Shown here: positions 53,808 to 63,232 of the stretch, in pieces
How positions within the stretch are numbered: position 1 is the first letter of the stretch
Layout: each line of letters opens with the position of its first letter
DNA from: a virus
Taxonomy: Duplodnaviria > Caudoviricetes
IMG/VR virus record: IMGVR_UViG_2667527450_000001
Location: 1-64,000 of that record
Strand: one strand, 5' to 3'
Length of the DNA: 64,000 nucleotides
The notes under the pieces: model-generated
The model's input: the letters and a program-made list of their open reading frames with translations, nothing else
Databases searched by the model: none
What the model was told of the DNA's origin: nothing
Position numbers and translations under genes: made by a program

Positions 53808-54949
53808 CCCAGATTTCGCGGCTCGCTACTTTGGGGCTGGCCAAGGAAGCCGTTGCCGGCACCTGGCTGGCGCCCACGGTCGGTGTGCCCTTCACCAAGG
53901 GCGACTACGAGGACATGTTCACCGAGCTCAAGGACGAGTCCGTCCGGGGCAATGACACCGTGCTGCAGGGCATGTACCAGGGTGTTGTACATGCCGAGTG
54001 GCAGCTCGATGTCATGGCCTACCCGGACCTGGTGGGGCATTTCCTGTGTGGCGTGATCGGCCCGGACACGGTGACGGCGGGCGTGTCCACGACCCTGTCC
54101 TCATCCACGGTCATTGGTGCCACGTCCATCTCGACGGCGGCGACGATCCCCGTCGGCTCCACGGTCGCGATCGATACCGGCACGAAGGTCGAGTACGCGA
54201 CGACTGGAACACCGACCGGTTCCGGGCCGTACACGATCCCGATCGTGACCCCGGCGACCGGACTAACACAGGCCCACAACTCCGCGGTCACCGTCGTCAG
54301 CCAGACGACGCACACGTTCAAGCAGTCCACGTCCGCGCTCCCGACGTACAGCCTCACTCTGTACGACACGACGCAGACGGTGTCGTGCTCGTACTGCCGT
54401 CTTTCGGACCTTCAGATGAAGATCGACCCGAAGGGCGCGGTGTCGCTCTCGCTCAAGTACATGTCGTTCCCCAGTGTCGTGCAGACCTCTCAGACGGAGA
54501 CCTTCAGCACCTACGACCCGCTGCTCGGCTGGTCCTGGACGATGAACAACGCCGGTGGTGCGTCCACCCGAGGGCTCACCTACGACATGACGGTCAAGCG
54601 CGCGACGGAAGCCATCGCGTCGTCGGACGGCACTCAAGCCCCTCGGGAGGTTTTCGCCGGTCCGATCGAAGTGGACGGCACGTACAAGGCGATCTTTGAG
54701 AACCAGACGGACATGGCCTTGTACCTGAACTACACACAAAGCGCCACGACCGCGACTCTCGCGCAGCCGGTGCCCCGCGGCGGCCAGTCCCTCGCCCTGA
54801 CCATGTCGAAGAGCGGCTACTACAAGGGCAAGCGTGACCTCGGATCGGCCTACGTACAGGCCGACTTCTCGATCAGCGGCATCTACAACACCTCCGACGG
54901 CGGCGCCGTCAGCGCGGTCCTGAAGAACTTCACTTCGGCCGCGTACTGA
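53804..54949 (+). CDS. Major tail (tube) protein
   Basis: LGLAKEAVAGT, THTFK, PTYSLT; precedes the chaperones and tape measure. Confidence 0.8.
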   Translation: MTQISRLATLGLAKEAVAGTWLAPTVGVPFTKGDYEDMFTELKDESVRGNDTVLQGMYQGVVHAEWQLDVMAYPDLVGHFLCGVIGPDTVTAGVSTTLSSSTVIGATSISTAATIPVGSTVAIDTGTKVEYATTGTPTGSGPYTIPIVTPATGLTQAHNSAVTVVSQTTHTFKQSTSALPTYSLTLYDTTQTVSCSYCRLSDLQMKIDPKGAVSLSLKYMSFPSVVQTSQTETFSTYDPLLGWSWTMNNAGGASTRGLTYDMTVKRATEAIASSDGTQAPREVFAGPIEVDGTYKAIFENQTDMALYLNYTQSATTATLAQPVPRGGQSLALTMSKSGYYKGKRDLGSAYVQADFSISGIYNTSDGGAVSAVLKNFTSAAY

Positions 54950-55037
54950 CAAACTCCCCGGTCGTGTCCGCCTTGGAGGGCGTGCGGCACGACCGGGGTC
55001 CACACCCTCCAACGCCCTCAATGCAAGGAGATCCACC

Positions 55038-55445
55038 GTGTCGGGCTACACCAACCGCGTCATCTTGCTCCAGTTCCCCGAACTCGGCGACAAGGTCAGT
55101 GTCCTGTTGCGCAATCCCCGGCTGTTGCCCCCGGCCGAGCTCACGCCGGAGGACGTCCCGGTCGACGCCAATGGCCAGCCGCTCGATCCGCAGGCTGCCA
55201 ACGTCGCCATGTACAAGGTGATGGCGAACCTCATCGCGGCATGGCACGTGTACGACGCCACCGCGACCGCAGGCGCCGTACACGTTGATCTCGACGCCGA
55301 CGACCTCGACGCGCAGCTCCAGGCCCTGGAAGGCGCCGACCAGGTCCGGCTGGTCGACATCACCCCGGAGAACGTCGCTCGGCTGCCCATGGCGATCATC
55401 AACCGGATTGGCGAGGAGATCGGCCGCGTCGCGGACCCTTCCTAG
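55038..55445 (+). CDS. Tail assembly chaperone (G)
   Basis: Position; ends GAC CCT TCC TAG. Confidence 0.75.
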   Translation: MSGYTNRVILLQFPELGDKVSVLLRNPRLLPPAELTPEDVPVDANGQPLDPQAANVAMYKVMANLIAAWHVYDATATAGAVHVDLDADDLDAQLQALEGADQVRLVDITPENVARLPMAIINRIGEEIGRVADPS

Positions 55446-55708
55446 GCCCCGGCAGCGAGTACTACGAGGACGTCCTGCTGCCGGTCGAGTCGATCCTCGA
55501 CGGCACATGGGGGAGCGGGAACCCGCCCGCCGAGTGGGCCGACTTCATTCTCATGTACCGGATGCGCTGGACGTGGGACGACCTGCAAGCAACTCCCGCC
55601 TACGTGCGGCGCTACGTGCTCGACTTCCTCGGGCTGATCGCTGAGCAGGAGCAGGAGCAGAACGACCGAGCCCAGCGTGAGGCCAATCGCGCCCAGCGGA
55701 TGGGGTGA
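55038..55708 (+). CDS. Tail assembly chaperone G-T via a -1 frameshift near 55436-55442
   Basis: The -1 frame is open to TGA at 55708: ...EWADFILMYRMRWTWDDLQATPAYVRR... Confidence 0.65.
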
Positions 55709-56178
55709 TGCGGGTGCCGGAACTGAGGCCGGGCATGTTCGCCCGCCTCTTCACGGAGATCGACCGTGATGCACAGCAGAAGACGAGGACGGTGGTGTCC
55801 CGTCTGGCTGACGCGGTCGAGCGGCAGGCGAAGATCAACGCCAGTAGTGGGGCACACCCCTACGGCACAAGAACTCCGGCCAGGCCCGGTACGGGGCCGG
55901 CTGTCATCTCCGGGACTCTCCGCCGATCCCTCACTCACACCACCGCGGTGTTCACCGGCGGCGGCTGGGAATCCAAGGTCGGCACGGCTCCCGGCCACAC
56001 CCCGCCCTACGGCAGAGCACGCACTCCGGCCAACCTGTACGGCCTCTACCTGGAAAAGGGGATGCTCCGGAACGGCGCCGCCTACCCCTTCCTCCTGCCG
56101 GCGTTCCAGTTCGGGGTGAGACAGGTGGCCCCGCAGCTCTACCAGGCGGTGTTCCGCCCCGGCTGGCCGCACCTTTAA
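55708..56178 (+). CDS. HK97 gp10-like neck/tail component
   Basis: PAVISGTLRRS...YGLYLEKG...YPFLLPA. Confidence 0.75.
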   Translation: MRVPELRPGMFARLFTEIDRDAQQKTRTVVSRLADAVERQAKINASSGAHPYGTRTPARPGTGPAVISGTLRRSLTHTTAVFTGGGWESKVGTAPGHTPPYGRARTPANLYGLYLEKGMLRNGAAYPFLLPAFQFGVRQVAPQLYQAVFRPGWPHL

Positions 56179-56198
56179 CCCTGGAAGGGCGGTGACCC

Positions 56199-58997
56199 GT
56201 GGCGGACGTCGCTGACCTCTTCGTAGTGCTCAGGGCGGAGACGGCGCCCTTCACCGCTGGCATGCGCACAGCCGCAGCCGAGGGGGAGTCGTTCACCGCC
56301 AAGATGGGCGGCGTCGGCGGGGCAATGACGCGGCTAGGTGCCGCGACGACGGTCGCCGGCATCGGTATCGCCACCGTCAGCGTGAAGATGGCCGGCGACT
56401 TCCAGGCCAGCATGCAGAAGCTCGTCACCACGGCTGGCGAGTCGCAGGCGAACATGAAGAAGGTCTCCGCGGGGATCCTCGACATCGCCGTCCAGACCGG
56501 CACCAGTACCAAGGCGCTGGCCGACGGCATGTACATGGTGGAAAGTGCCGGATTCCACGGCGCCGAGGGGCTCACCGTCCTGAAGGCCGCGGCCGAGGGC
56601 GCTCGCGCGGAGCAGGCCCCGCTGCCGGAGGTCACCAACGCGGTCACCTCGGCGCTCAACAGTTACCACCTGCCGGCTTCGGCGGCCGTGCAGATCACCA
56701 ACCAGATGGTGGCGGCCGTCGGACACGGAAAGATGACCTTCGGTGAGTTCGCGGGCTCACTGTCTACCGTGCTGCCGATCGCCTCATCCGCGCACCTGTC
56801 TTTCGCTCAGGTCGGCGGCGCCATCGCGACGCTGACCAACCACGGCACCAGCGCCCGCGAGGCCACGCAGGAGCTCGCTTTCTCCATCCGGGCGCTCCAA
56901 GCCCCGAACAACGTGGCCGTGCAGGAGATGCAGCGCCTCGGCCTGTCCTCCGTCGACGTGTCCACGCACCTGGGGCAGCGCGGACTCACCGGCACGATCG
57001 ACATGCTGCAGCAGGCTGTGTTGCAGCACATGGGCTCGGCCGGCACGGTCCTGCTCAACGCGTTCAACACGTCGAAGCAGGCCGCGCAAGACGCCAACGT
57101 CATGATCTCGAAGATGCCGGCGTCCCTGCAGAAGCTGGCGCAGTCCTATGCCCAGGGCGGCATCTCCGTCGCCGACTGGAAGAAGCAGATCAAGGCGCTG
57201 CCGGTCGACCAGGCGAACCTCCTGACGCAGTTCGCGACCCTGACCAGCCGATCCAAGGGCTTCAATGCGCAGCTCAAGGCGGGTGGACCGAGCGCGCAGA
57301 CGTTCAACGACGCCATGAAACGGATGATGGGTGGGGCGACGGGCCTCAACACCGCGCTGATGCTCGGCGGGGACAACATGGCGTCCTTCCGGACCAACGT
57401 CGCCGCGGTCGGGGCGGCAGGCCAGCACGCCGGGAAGGACATCCACGGCTGGGCCGAGACCCAGAAGACATTCAACTTCCAGATCAGCCAGCTCAAAGAG
57501 CGCGTGCAGGTCGCGGCCATCACGATCGGCACGAAACTGATCCCGGTCGTCTCGGCTGTGATCGGCTTCTTCACCCGATACCAAGGCGTCACCCTGGCCT
57601 TGGCCGCCGTGATCGGCGGGGTCCTGACAGCGGCCGTCATCAAGTTCGCGACCGGGGCCGTGACAGGTGCGATCAAGGGCGTCAGCGAGATCGGGAGTGG
57701 GCTGCGAACAGCGGGCACAGCGATCCGGGCCTTCGCCACGTCAGAGAAATTGGCTGCCGCAGCTTCCAAGATCATGGCTGCTGCCCAGTGGCTACTGAAC
57801 GCCGCAATGGACGCCAACCCGATCGGGCTGATCGTCCTCGCGATCGCGGCTCTGGTTGCCGGGCTCATCTACGCCTACAACCACTCCGCGCGGTTCCGCG
57901 CGATCGTGCAGGCCGCCTTCGAGGGCGTGAAGGTCGCCGCGGTCGCCGTGTGGCACGCCCTGCAGGCGGCGTGGAACGGCCTGGTGGCCGGGGTGCAGTG
58001 GCTGTGGAACATCATCAAGACCGTGTGGAACGGCATCGCCTCGGTGACCTCGACCATCTGGAACGGGATCACCGCGTTCTTCCGGAAATGGTGGCCGTTG
58101 CTGCTGGCGATCTTCGCGACGCCGATCGCCATCGTCATCTCCATCTGGAACCACTGCCACAACACCATCGTCAACGTCGCCAAGACCGCCTGGAACGCGA
58201 TCACTTCCTTTCTGGGCTCCGTTTGGAACGGCATCAAGGATGCGGCGGCGCTCATCTGGCTCGGCATTCAGACCGGGATCATCAATCCGATCAAGCAGGT
58301 TTGGAACATCCTCGTCAGCATCTGGAACTTCGTGATGGACTGGCTGGAAAGCCAATGGCTGTCCATCAAGCGCACCGCGGCGCTCATCTGGCTCGGCATC
58401 CAGATGTCCATCATCAACCCGATCCGGTCAGCGTGGCACTCGGTGACCAGCCTCATCGGCAACATCGCCAGCTCGATCTGGAACGGCCTCGTCTCGGCCT
58501 GGAACTCCGTCAAGAGCGTCGGCTCGTGGTTCATGAGCATCGGCTCGAACATCGTCAACGGCATCATCAACGGCGTCGAGAACGCTGCCGGGTATCTCTA
58601 CAACTCGCTCAAGAACCTTGCCAGCAATGCCCTGAACGCCGCGAAGAACTTCCTCGGGATTTCCAGTCCTTCAAGGGAATTCGCCGACCAGATAGGCCAG
58701 TGGATCCCACACGGCATCGCGGTCGGCATCACCCAGCACGCTCAGGTGGCGACCGACGCCGCCGACGCGCTGGCTCAGCGCACCCTCGGCACCGCGAAGA
58801 CGGCCCTGGTTTCACCGACAGCCGGCGGCGCACTGGTTGCCGGCGGCAGCGCAGTGCCCGGCGGACAGACGGTCACCGTCAACATCACCGTCCAGGGCAG
58901 CGTGCTCAGCGAGCGAGACCTCCGGGACGTCGTCCAAACCCAGATGCTGCGCCTCGGCATGCGCTCCTCCACCAGCTACACCCCGTACAAGAGGTGA
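56199..58997 (+). CDS. Tape measure protein (TP901-family)
   Basis: 932 aa; AMDANPIGLIV, periodic W repeats, LGISSPSREF. Confidence 0.92.
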   Translation: MADVADLFVVLRAETAPFTAGMRTAAAEGESFTAKMGGVGGAMTRLGAATTVAGIGIATVSVKMAGDFQASMQKLVTTAGESQANMKKVSAGILDIAVQTGTSTKALADGMYMVESAGFHGAEGLTVLKAAAEGARAEQAPLPEVTNAVTSALNSYHLPASAAVQITNQMVAAVGHGKMTFGEFAGSLSTVLPIASSAHLSFAQVGGAIATLTNHGTSAREATQELAFSIRALQAPNNVAVQEMQRLGLSSVDVSTHLGQRGLTGTIDMLQQAVLQHMGSAGTVLLNAFNTSKQAAQDANVMISKMPASLQKLAQSYAQGGISVADWKKQIKALPVDQANLLTQFATLTSRSKGFNAQLKAGGPSAQTFNDAMKRMMGGATGLNTALMLGGDNMASFRTNVAAVGAAGQHAGKDIHGWAETQKTFNFQISQLKERVQVAAITIGTKLIPVVSAVIGFFTRYQGVTLALAAVIGGVLTAAVIKFATGAVTGAIKGVSEIGSGLRTAGTAIRAFATSEKLAAAASKIMAAAQWLLNAAMDANPIGLIVLAIAALVAGLIYAYNHSARFRAIVQAAFEGVKVAAVAVWHALQAAWNGLVAGVQWLWNIIKTVWNGIASVTSTIWNGITAFFRKWWPLLLAIFATPIAIVISIWNHCHNTIVNVAKTAWNAITSFLGSVWNGIKDAAALIWLGIQTGIINPIKQVWNILVSIWNFVMDWLESQWLSIKRTAALIWLGIQMSIINPIRSAWHSVTSLIGNIASSIWNGLVSAWNSVKSVGSWFMSIGSNIVNGIINGVENAAGYLYNSLKNLASNALNAAKNFLGISSPSREFADQIGQWIPHGIAVGITQHAQVATDAADALAQRTLGTAKTALVSPTAGGALVAGGSAVPGGQTVTVNITVQGSVLSERDLRDVVQTQMLRLGMRSSTSYTPYKR

Positions 58998-59006
58998 GGA
59001 GGCCCC

Positions 59007-61841
59007 GTGGCGATCAACCCGAACTGGCCGGTCATCGCTGAGGATTGGGGGCCGTACTGGAACTGCGCCGGTGGCGACTCGCCTCTGGACAGGTACGTCG
59101 AGGTCACCCCTCGCACCCGGGGCCGCACCAGCATTCAACGGGGCCGGCAGTACGAGCTGGACCAGGTTCGGTCAGGCGAGTATCAGGCGACGCTCGCCAA
59201 CACGGATGGCGCCCTCGACCCGCTCAACACCGCCGGACCTTGGTACGGGCACATCATGGCCTACCAGCCGTACCGCAAACGCGCCCAGTGGCCGCCCACG
59301 CAGAATCTGCTGACCCAGGTGCAGGCGACCGGGGGAGACCTCGGCGGCTACAACACCGGCACGCTGGACCAGTCCGGCCTCGGCCCTGACGTCTTCTCCC
59401 TCACCGACTCCAGCGGCGGCCAGATCGTCGCTGACAGCGGAGCTTGGCAGGGTGCCCGGGTTCTGCAGTTCGCGGTGCCATCGGGCTCTACGGCGCCGAC
59501 CCGTATTTGCCACACGCCGCAGTACGGGGTGCTGCCGGGCCAGACGTACACGATGCAGATCCGCGTCCGGGACATCACGGCGGCGACCACGCTCCAGATA
59601 AAGCCGCACATCGGCTGGTACTCGGCATCCGGCGGCAGCCCGACCTCCTTCGCCTACGGCACTACGGTCACCCTCACCGGCTCGCCGACCGCGGCGTGGA
59701 CGCAGCTCACCGTCACCGCTACCGCCCCCTCGACCGCGGCCGGCATGAACGTCGGCGTGTCCGTCGCCGCCACCGCAGCCTCCACCTGCAGCATGCAGAC
59801 GGACGGTTGGCAGTTGGAGAAGGGGTCTGCCGCCACTGCGTGGACGGCCCCCGGGGTCTGGTACCCGCTGTACGCGGGGTTCGTGGAGCGCTGGCCATCC
59901 CGCTGGGCATTTAACGGGACCTACGGCAGTGTCGAGCCGGTCGCAGTGGACGCGATATCCCTCCTGTCGCAGGTGCAGTTGGCCGACCCCCTCACCCAGG
60001 AGATCAACTCCCGCAATCCGCGGTTCCTCTACAAGCTTGACGACCCGCAAGGCAGCGGATCTTTCGCAGACGCTACAGGCAACTATCCGGCTGCACCGAT
60101 CGGTGTCGCCAAGGCGGGTCCGGGCTCCCTAACGTCCGGCAACCAGATCGCAGCCGCTGCCGCCAGCGGTACCTACACTGGAAGCACCGGCACGGTTGTC
60201 ACCGTCTCTAATCCTGACCCTGGAACGAACCTCACGGACCCGGCAACCTTCATTGCTCTCACCAATGCAGGAATCAAGGGACCCGCGAACCCAAGCGGCG
60301 ACTGGACGCGAATGCTGGCGTTTCGATACACCGGCCCAAACCCCAGCAGTGGCGGTGCCGCGACGATGTGGTCGTGTTTCGACAAGAACGCCAATGGCGG
60401 ATCGAATATCCGCTTTATGGTCCTCCCTGGGGGTATATTTACCTTCAACATGGGAGGGCCGACCACCGGTACAAGTTTCCAGCCGTTCAGTACCAATGTT
60501 GCTGATTCAAACTGGCACTTGGCCATCGTCAGTTACAGTCACGCAAACGCCCAACTGATTACGAGCCTCGATGGGGCCTCGCTGACCTACACCAGCGTTA
60601 ATCCGGCCATCGAGCCAACTGGGCTAGTGGCGGACAGTATTGGCGCTTGGATCGATCCAACGACAGGCAACGGGTCGGCCTTCCAATATAAGGGCGACTT
60701 GTCGTTCTTCGCCGAGTTCCCTTCGGCGCTGTCGGCGACCGACTGCGCCAGCCTGTACAACGCCTGGAAATCAGCCTGCGCTGGCGAATCCAGCAACGCC
60801 CGCTACTACCGAATCCTCCGCTACGCCGGATACCTCGGAACCTACTCGCTACAGGCTGGGCTCACTACGAGCATGGGGCCGATGGCAACCGGCGGGCAGG
60901 ATGCTCTTAGCGCGTTGCAAGCGGTCGTGGACACCGAGAACGGCGAGCACTTCATCGACCGTGCGGGAACGGTGACGTTCCGGTCGCGCTCGGCCCGATA
61001 CAACGCGCTGACACCGACCTACGTCTTTGGGGAGCGGGCAGACCTGGGGGAGTGGTCTTACGAGGACTGCCAGCTGGACTACGACTCCACGCACCTGTCC
61101 AACCAGGTCACCGTCACTCAAGCATCCACGGGTCAGCTCTTCTACGATCAGGACGCTGTGTCGGTCACGAACTACTTCCCAAGGACGCTGTCCCGCAGCA
61201 TCAACTCGTCGTCCGCCCTCGAATGCCAGGATGCCGCCGGCTACCTGCTGAGTCGGTACAAGAATCCCGCAGTGCGCGTCTCCGCCATCAGACTCCATCC
61301 CAGCGCGAACCCTGCTCTCTGGCCCGTCTGTCTATCTCTGGAACTCGGCATGCGGGTGCGGGTGATGCGCCGTCCGCCCGCCGCTCCGGCGATCCAGCTC
61401 GACTGCATCGTTGAGCAGATCCAGGTAGGGATGGACGACCATGGGGACGCTACGTGGACCCTGCAGTGCAGCCCCGTCGACCTGACGCCCTACGCCGGAT
61501 TCGCGGCATGGCACACCACCCTCGCGTCCACGATCGCGTCCGGCGTCACGGCGATCACCGTCAACGCGTCGGCGGACACCACCAACCCGCTCGCCACGCA
61601 ACTCGCTGCTGGCCAGCAGCTCGTCCTCGGCCAGAACACCGCCAACCAGGAAACGGTGACGGTCGCCTCCGTCGGGGCGACTTCCCCGGGCTGGACCAGC
61701 GCCACGATCACCCTCACTGCGGTAACCACCAAAGCTCACACCGCGGGCGACCTCATCAACGAACCACTGCCAGCCGGGATTACCGACCCGACCACATGGG
61801 ACGCGGTCACCCGATTCGACAGCTGCGCATTCGCGTACTGA
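59007..61841 (+). CDS. Large tail-tip / minor tail protein (carbohydrate-binding and LamG-like domains)
   Basis: IQRGRQYELD, NTDGALDP, DGWQLEKG, ADSNWHLAIVSY. Confidence 0.8.
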   Translation: MAINPNWPVIAEDWGPYWNCAGGDSPLDRYVEVTPRTRGRTSIQRGRQYELDQVRSGEYQATLANTDGALDPLNTAGPWYGHIMAYQPYRKRAQWPPTQNLLTQVQATGGDLGGYNTGTLDQSGLGPDVFSLTDSSGGQIVADSGAWQGARVLQFAVPSGSTAPTRICHTPQYGVLPGQTYTMQIRVRDITAATTLQIKPHIGWYSASGGSPTSFAYGTTVTLTGSPTAAWTQLTVTATAPSTAAGMNVGVSVAATAASTCSMQTDGWQLEKGSAATAWTAPGVWYPLYAGFVERWPSRWAFNGTYGSVEPVAVDAISLLSQVQLADPLTQEINSRNPRFLYKLDDPQGSGSFADATGNYPAAPIGVAKAGPGSLTSGNQIAAAAASGTYTGSTGTVVTVSNPDPGTNLTDPATFIALTNAGIKGPANPSGDWTRMLAFRYTGPNPSSGGAATMWSCFDKNANGGSNIRFMVLPGGIFTFNMGGPTTGTSFQPFSTNVADSNWHLAIVSYSHANAQLITSLDGASLTYTSVNPAIEPTGLVADSIGAWIDPTTGNGSAFQYKGDLSFFAEFPSALSATDCASLYNAWKSACAGESSNARYYRILRYAGYLGTYSLQAGLTTSMGPMATGGQDALSALQAVVDTENGEHFIDRAGTVTFRSRSARYNALTPTYVFGERADLGEWSYEDCQLDYDSTHLSNQVTVTQASTGQLFYDQDAVSVTNYFPRTLSRSINSSSALECQDAAGYLLSRYKNPAVRVSAIRLHPSANPALWPVCLSLELGMRVRVMRRPPAAPAIQLDCIVEQIQVGMDDHGDATWTLQCSPVDLTPYAGFAAWHTTLASTIASGVTAITVNASADTTNPLATQLAAGQQLVLGQNTANQETVTVASVGATSPGWTSATITLTAVTTKAHTAGDLINEPLPAGITDPTTWDAVTRFDSCAFAY

Positions 61842-61855
61842 GGAGGTGAGCAGCC

Positions 61856-62392
61856 GTGGCACGTACCATCCCAACCTCGGCAACCGTCAGCCCCGGCCAA
61901 TTCATTACCGGAGCCCTGTGGAACGCCCAGGTGAAGGGCACCACCGACTACCTGACCGGCCCGCCCGTGTGCAGCGTTTACGCGACGGCAGTGCAGTCCA
62001 TGCCCGGCTCGAACGCTATGACGGCGCTCATTTTCGACACGACGGTCCTCGACAGCGACGGCGGCCACTCCAACGTCACCAACCCGTCCCGGTATACGGC
62101 AACCGTGCCCGGCACATACCTCGTCATCGGCGCCGTGGCCTGGGTCAGCAATACCACCGGTGACCGTCGTATTCAGATTGCCCTCAACGGCGCCGGGGTG
62201 ACCGGCTCCGCCGCGTCGTTCGACCCCATGAACCCGGTGATTTGCGCACACCAGGCGCAGGCACTGGTCACCATGAACGGCACGACGGACTACGTCGAGG
62301 TCATGGTCGCACAGGCCAGCGGCACGTCCCTTTCCACCAGTACAGGCGGAGCGTTCAGCCCCAGCATGCGCGTCATCTGGATCAGCCGCTAA
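61856..62392 (+). CDS. Minor tail protein (C1q/TNF-like beta-sandwich)
   Basis: NPSRYTATVPGTYLV...NGTTDYVEV. Confidence 0.7.
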   Translation: MARTIPTSATVSPGQFITGALWNAQVKGTTDYLTGPPVCSVYATAVQSMPGSNAMTALIFDTTVLDSDGGHSNVTNPSRYTATVPGTYLVIGAVAWVSNTTGDRRIQIALNGAGVTGSAASFDPMNPVICAHQAQALVTMNGTTDYVEVMVAQASGTSLSTSTGGAFSPSMRVIWISR

Positions 62393-62409
62393 CCCAAACC
62401 GGAGAGCCC

Positions 62410-62664
62410 ATGTCCAGCCTCAATACCGTCACCGAGTACCAATTCAACTTTTCCGTCAACGGCCCGCAAGGCGAGAGCGACGGCGGATTCATCCTCACCT
62501 CACTCGCCGGAGTCACCGACACGATCGCCCTGGGGATCGCGAAGGCTTTCAACGCGCAACCGTGGCCGACTGGCGTCACGAACCCCATGACGGTGACCAA
62601 GCAGGACAAGGTGTTCACCGTGTACACCACCAACCTGACGGCGAACCCGCCGTCGTTCACCTGA
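62410..62664 (+). CDS. Small virion-associated hypothetical protein
   Basis: GGAG RBS. Confidence 0.6.
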   Translation: MSSLNTVTEYQFNFSVNGPQGESDGGFILTSLAGVTDTIALGIAKAFNAQPWPTGVTNPMTVTKQDKVFTVYTTNLTANPPSFT

Positions 62665-62754
62665 CAGCGCCTGCTTCTGGCTGTGGGAGCACAGCCGCGC
62701 ACCCCATGTCGCCCCGGGCCGCCGGCCGGGGCATTCCCATGCCCGGAGGCACCA

Positions 62755-63231
62755 ATGGCCAGCCAGCCGCACCGGATGGTCGCCGCACACGACCAGATGC
62801 TGACCCTGCACCTATCGCAGCACGTCGAAGAGCATTCGCCTCGCGAAGACGACCCTCATTACCACCTGTTCGAGCAAGCGAAGGCACGGCTGAAGAAGCA
62901 GGGCCTGTGGAAGTGCGTGATCGACGACGAACTTTGCGGGGGCCAGCCGGAACTGCACCATTCACACGTCGAGTTCAGCGAGATCAACAGCACCGATCCC
63001 GCCAAGGTAGCCCGCGCGCTGGGACTGCATTTCCAGACGGACGACGCCTTCCAGCAGTGGATCGAAGGCCCTGGCAACCTGGAAGTGCTGTGCACAAACC
63101 ACCACCGGACCCGCTACGGCATTCACGTCCTCCCAGAGCCGCTGTGGCAAGCAGTGCGATTCCACCGGGCCGGCATCGAGGCACCAGCCCACTTCGTCCC
63201 GGCCAGTGAGCTCGGTAAGGACGGTTCCTGA
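62755..63231 (+). CDS. HNH-like protein
   Basis: C..C...ELHH...NLEVLCTNHH...GIH. Confidence 0.65.
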   Translation: MASQPHRMVAAHDQMLTLHLSQHVEEHSPREDDPHYHLFEQAKARLKKQGLWKCVIDDELCGGQPELHHSHVEFSEINSTDPAKVARALGLHFQTDDAFQQWIEGPGNLEVLCTNHHRTRYGIHVLPEPLWQAVRFHRAGIEAPAHFVPASELGKDGS

Positions 63232-63232
63232 T

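Noticed and set aside
57900-58600. Repeated TGGAAC/ATCTGG motifs
   Set aside because: These encode the normal Trp-periodic repeats of the tape measure protein and are not a separate DNA repeat system.
6242-59041. Long antisense or alternate-frame ORFs (e.g. 6242-7567, 32490-33803, 48453-49952, 57788-59041)
   Set aside because: Shadow ORFs typical of high-GC DNA; they overlap well-supported genes and lack motifs or an RBS.
59007-62664. Diversity-generating retroelement or invertible tail-fibre cassette
   Set aside because: No reverse transcriptase, invertase or TR/VR repeat pair seen in the window.
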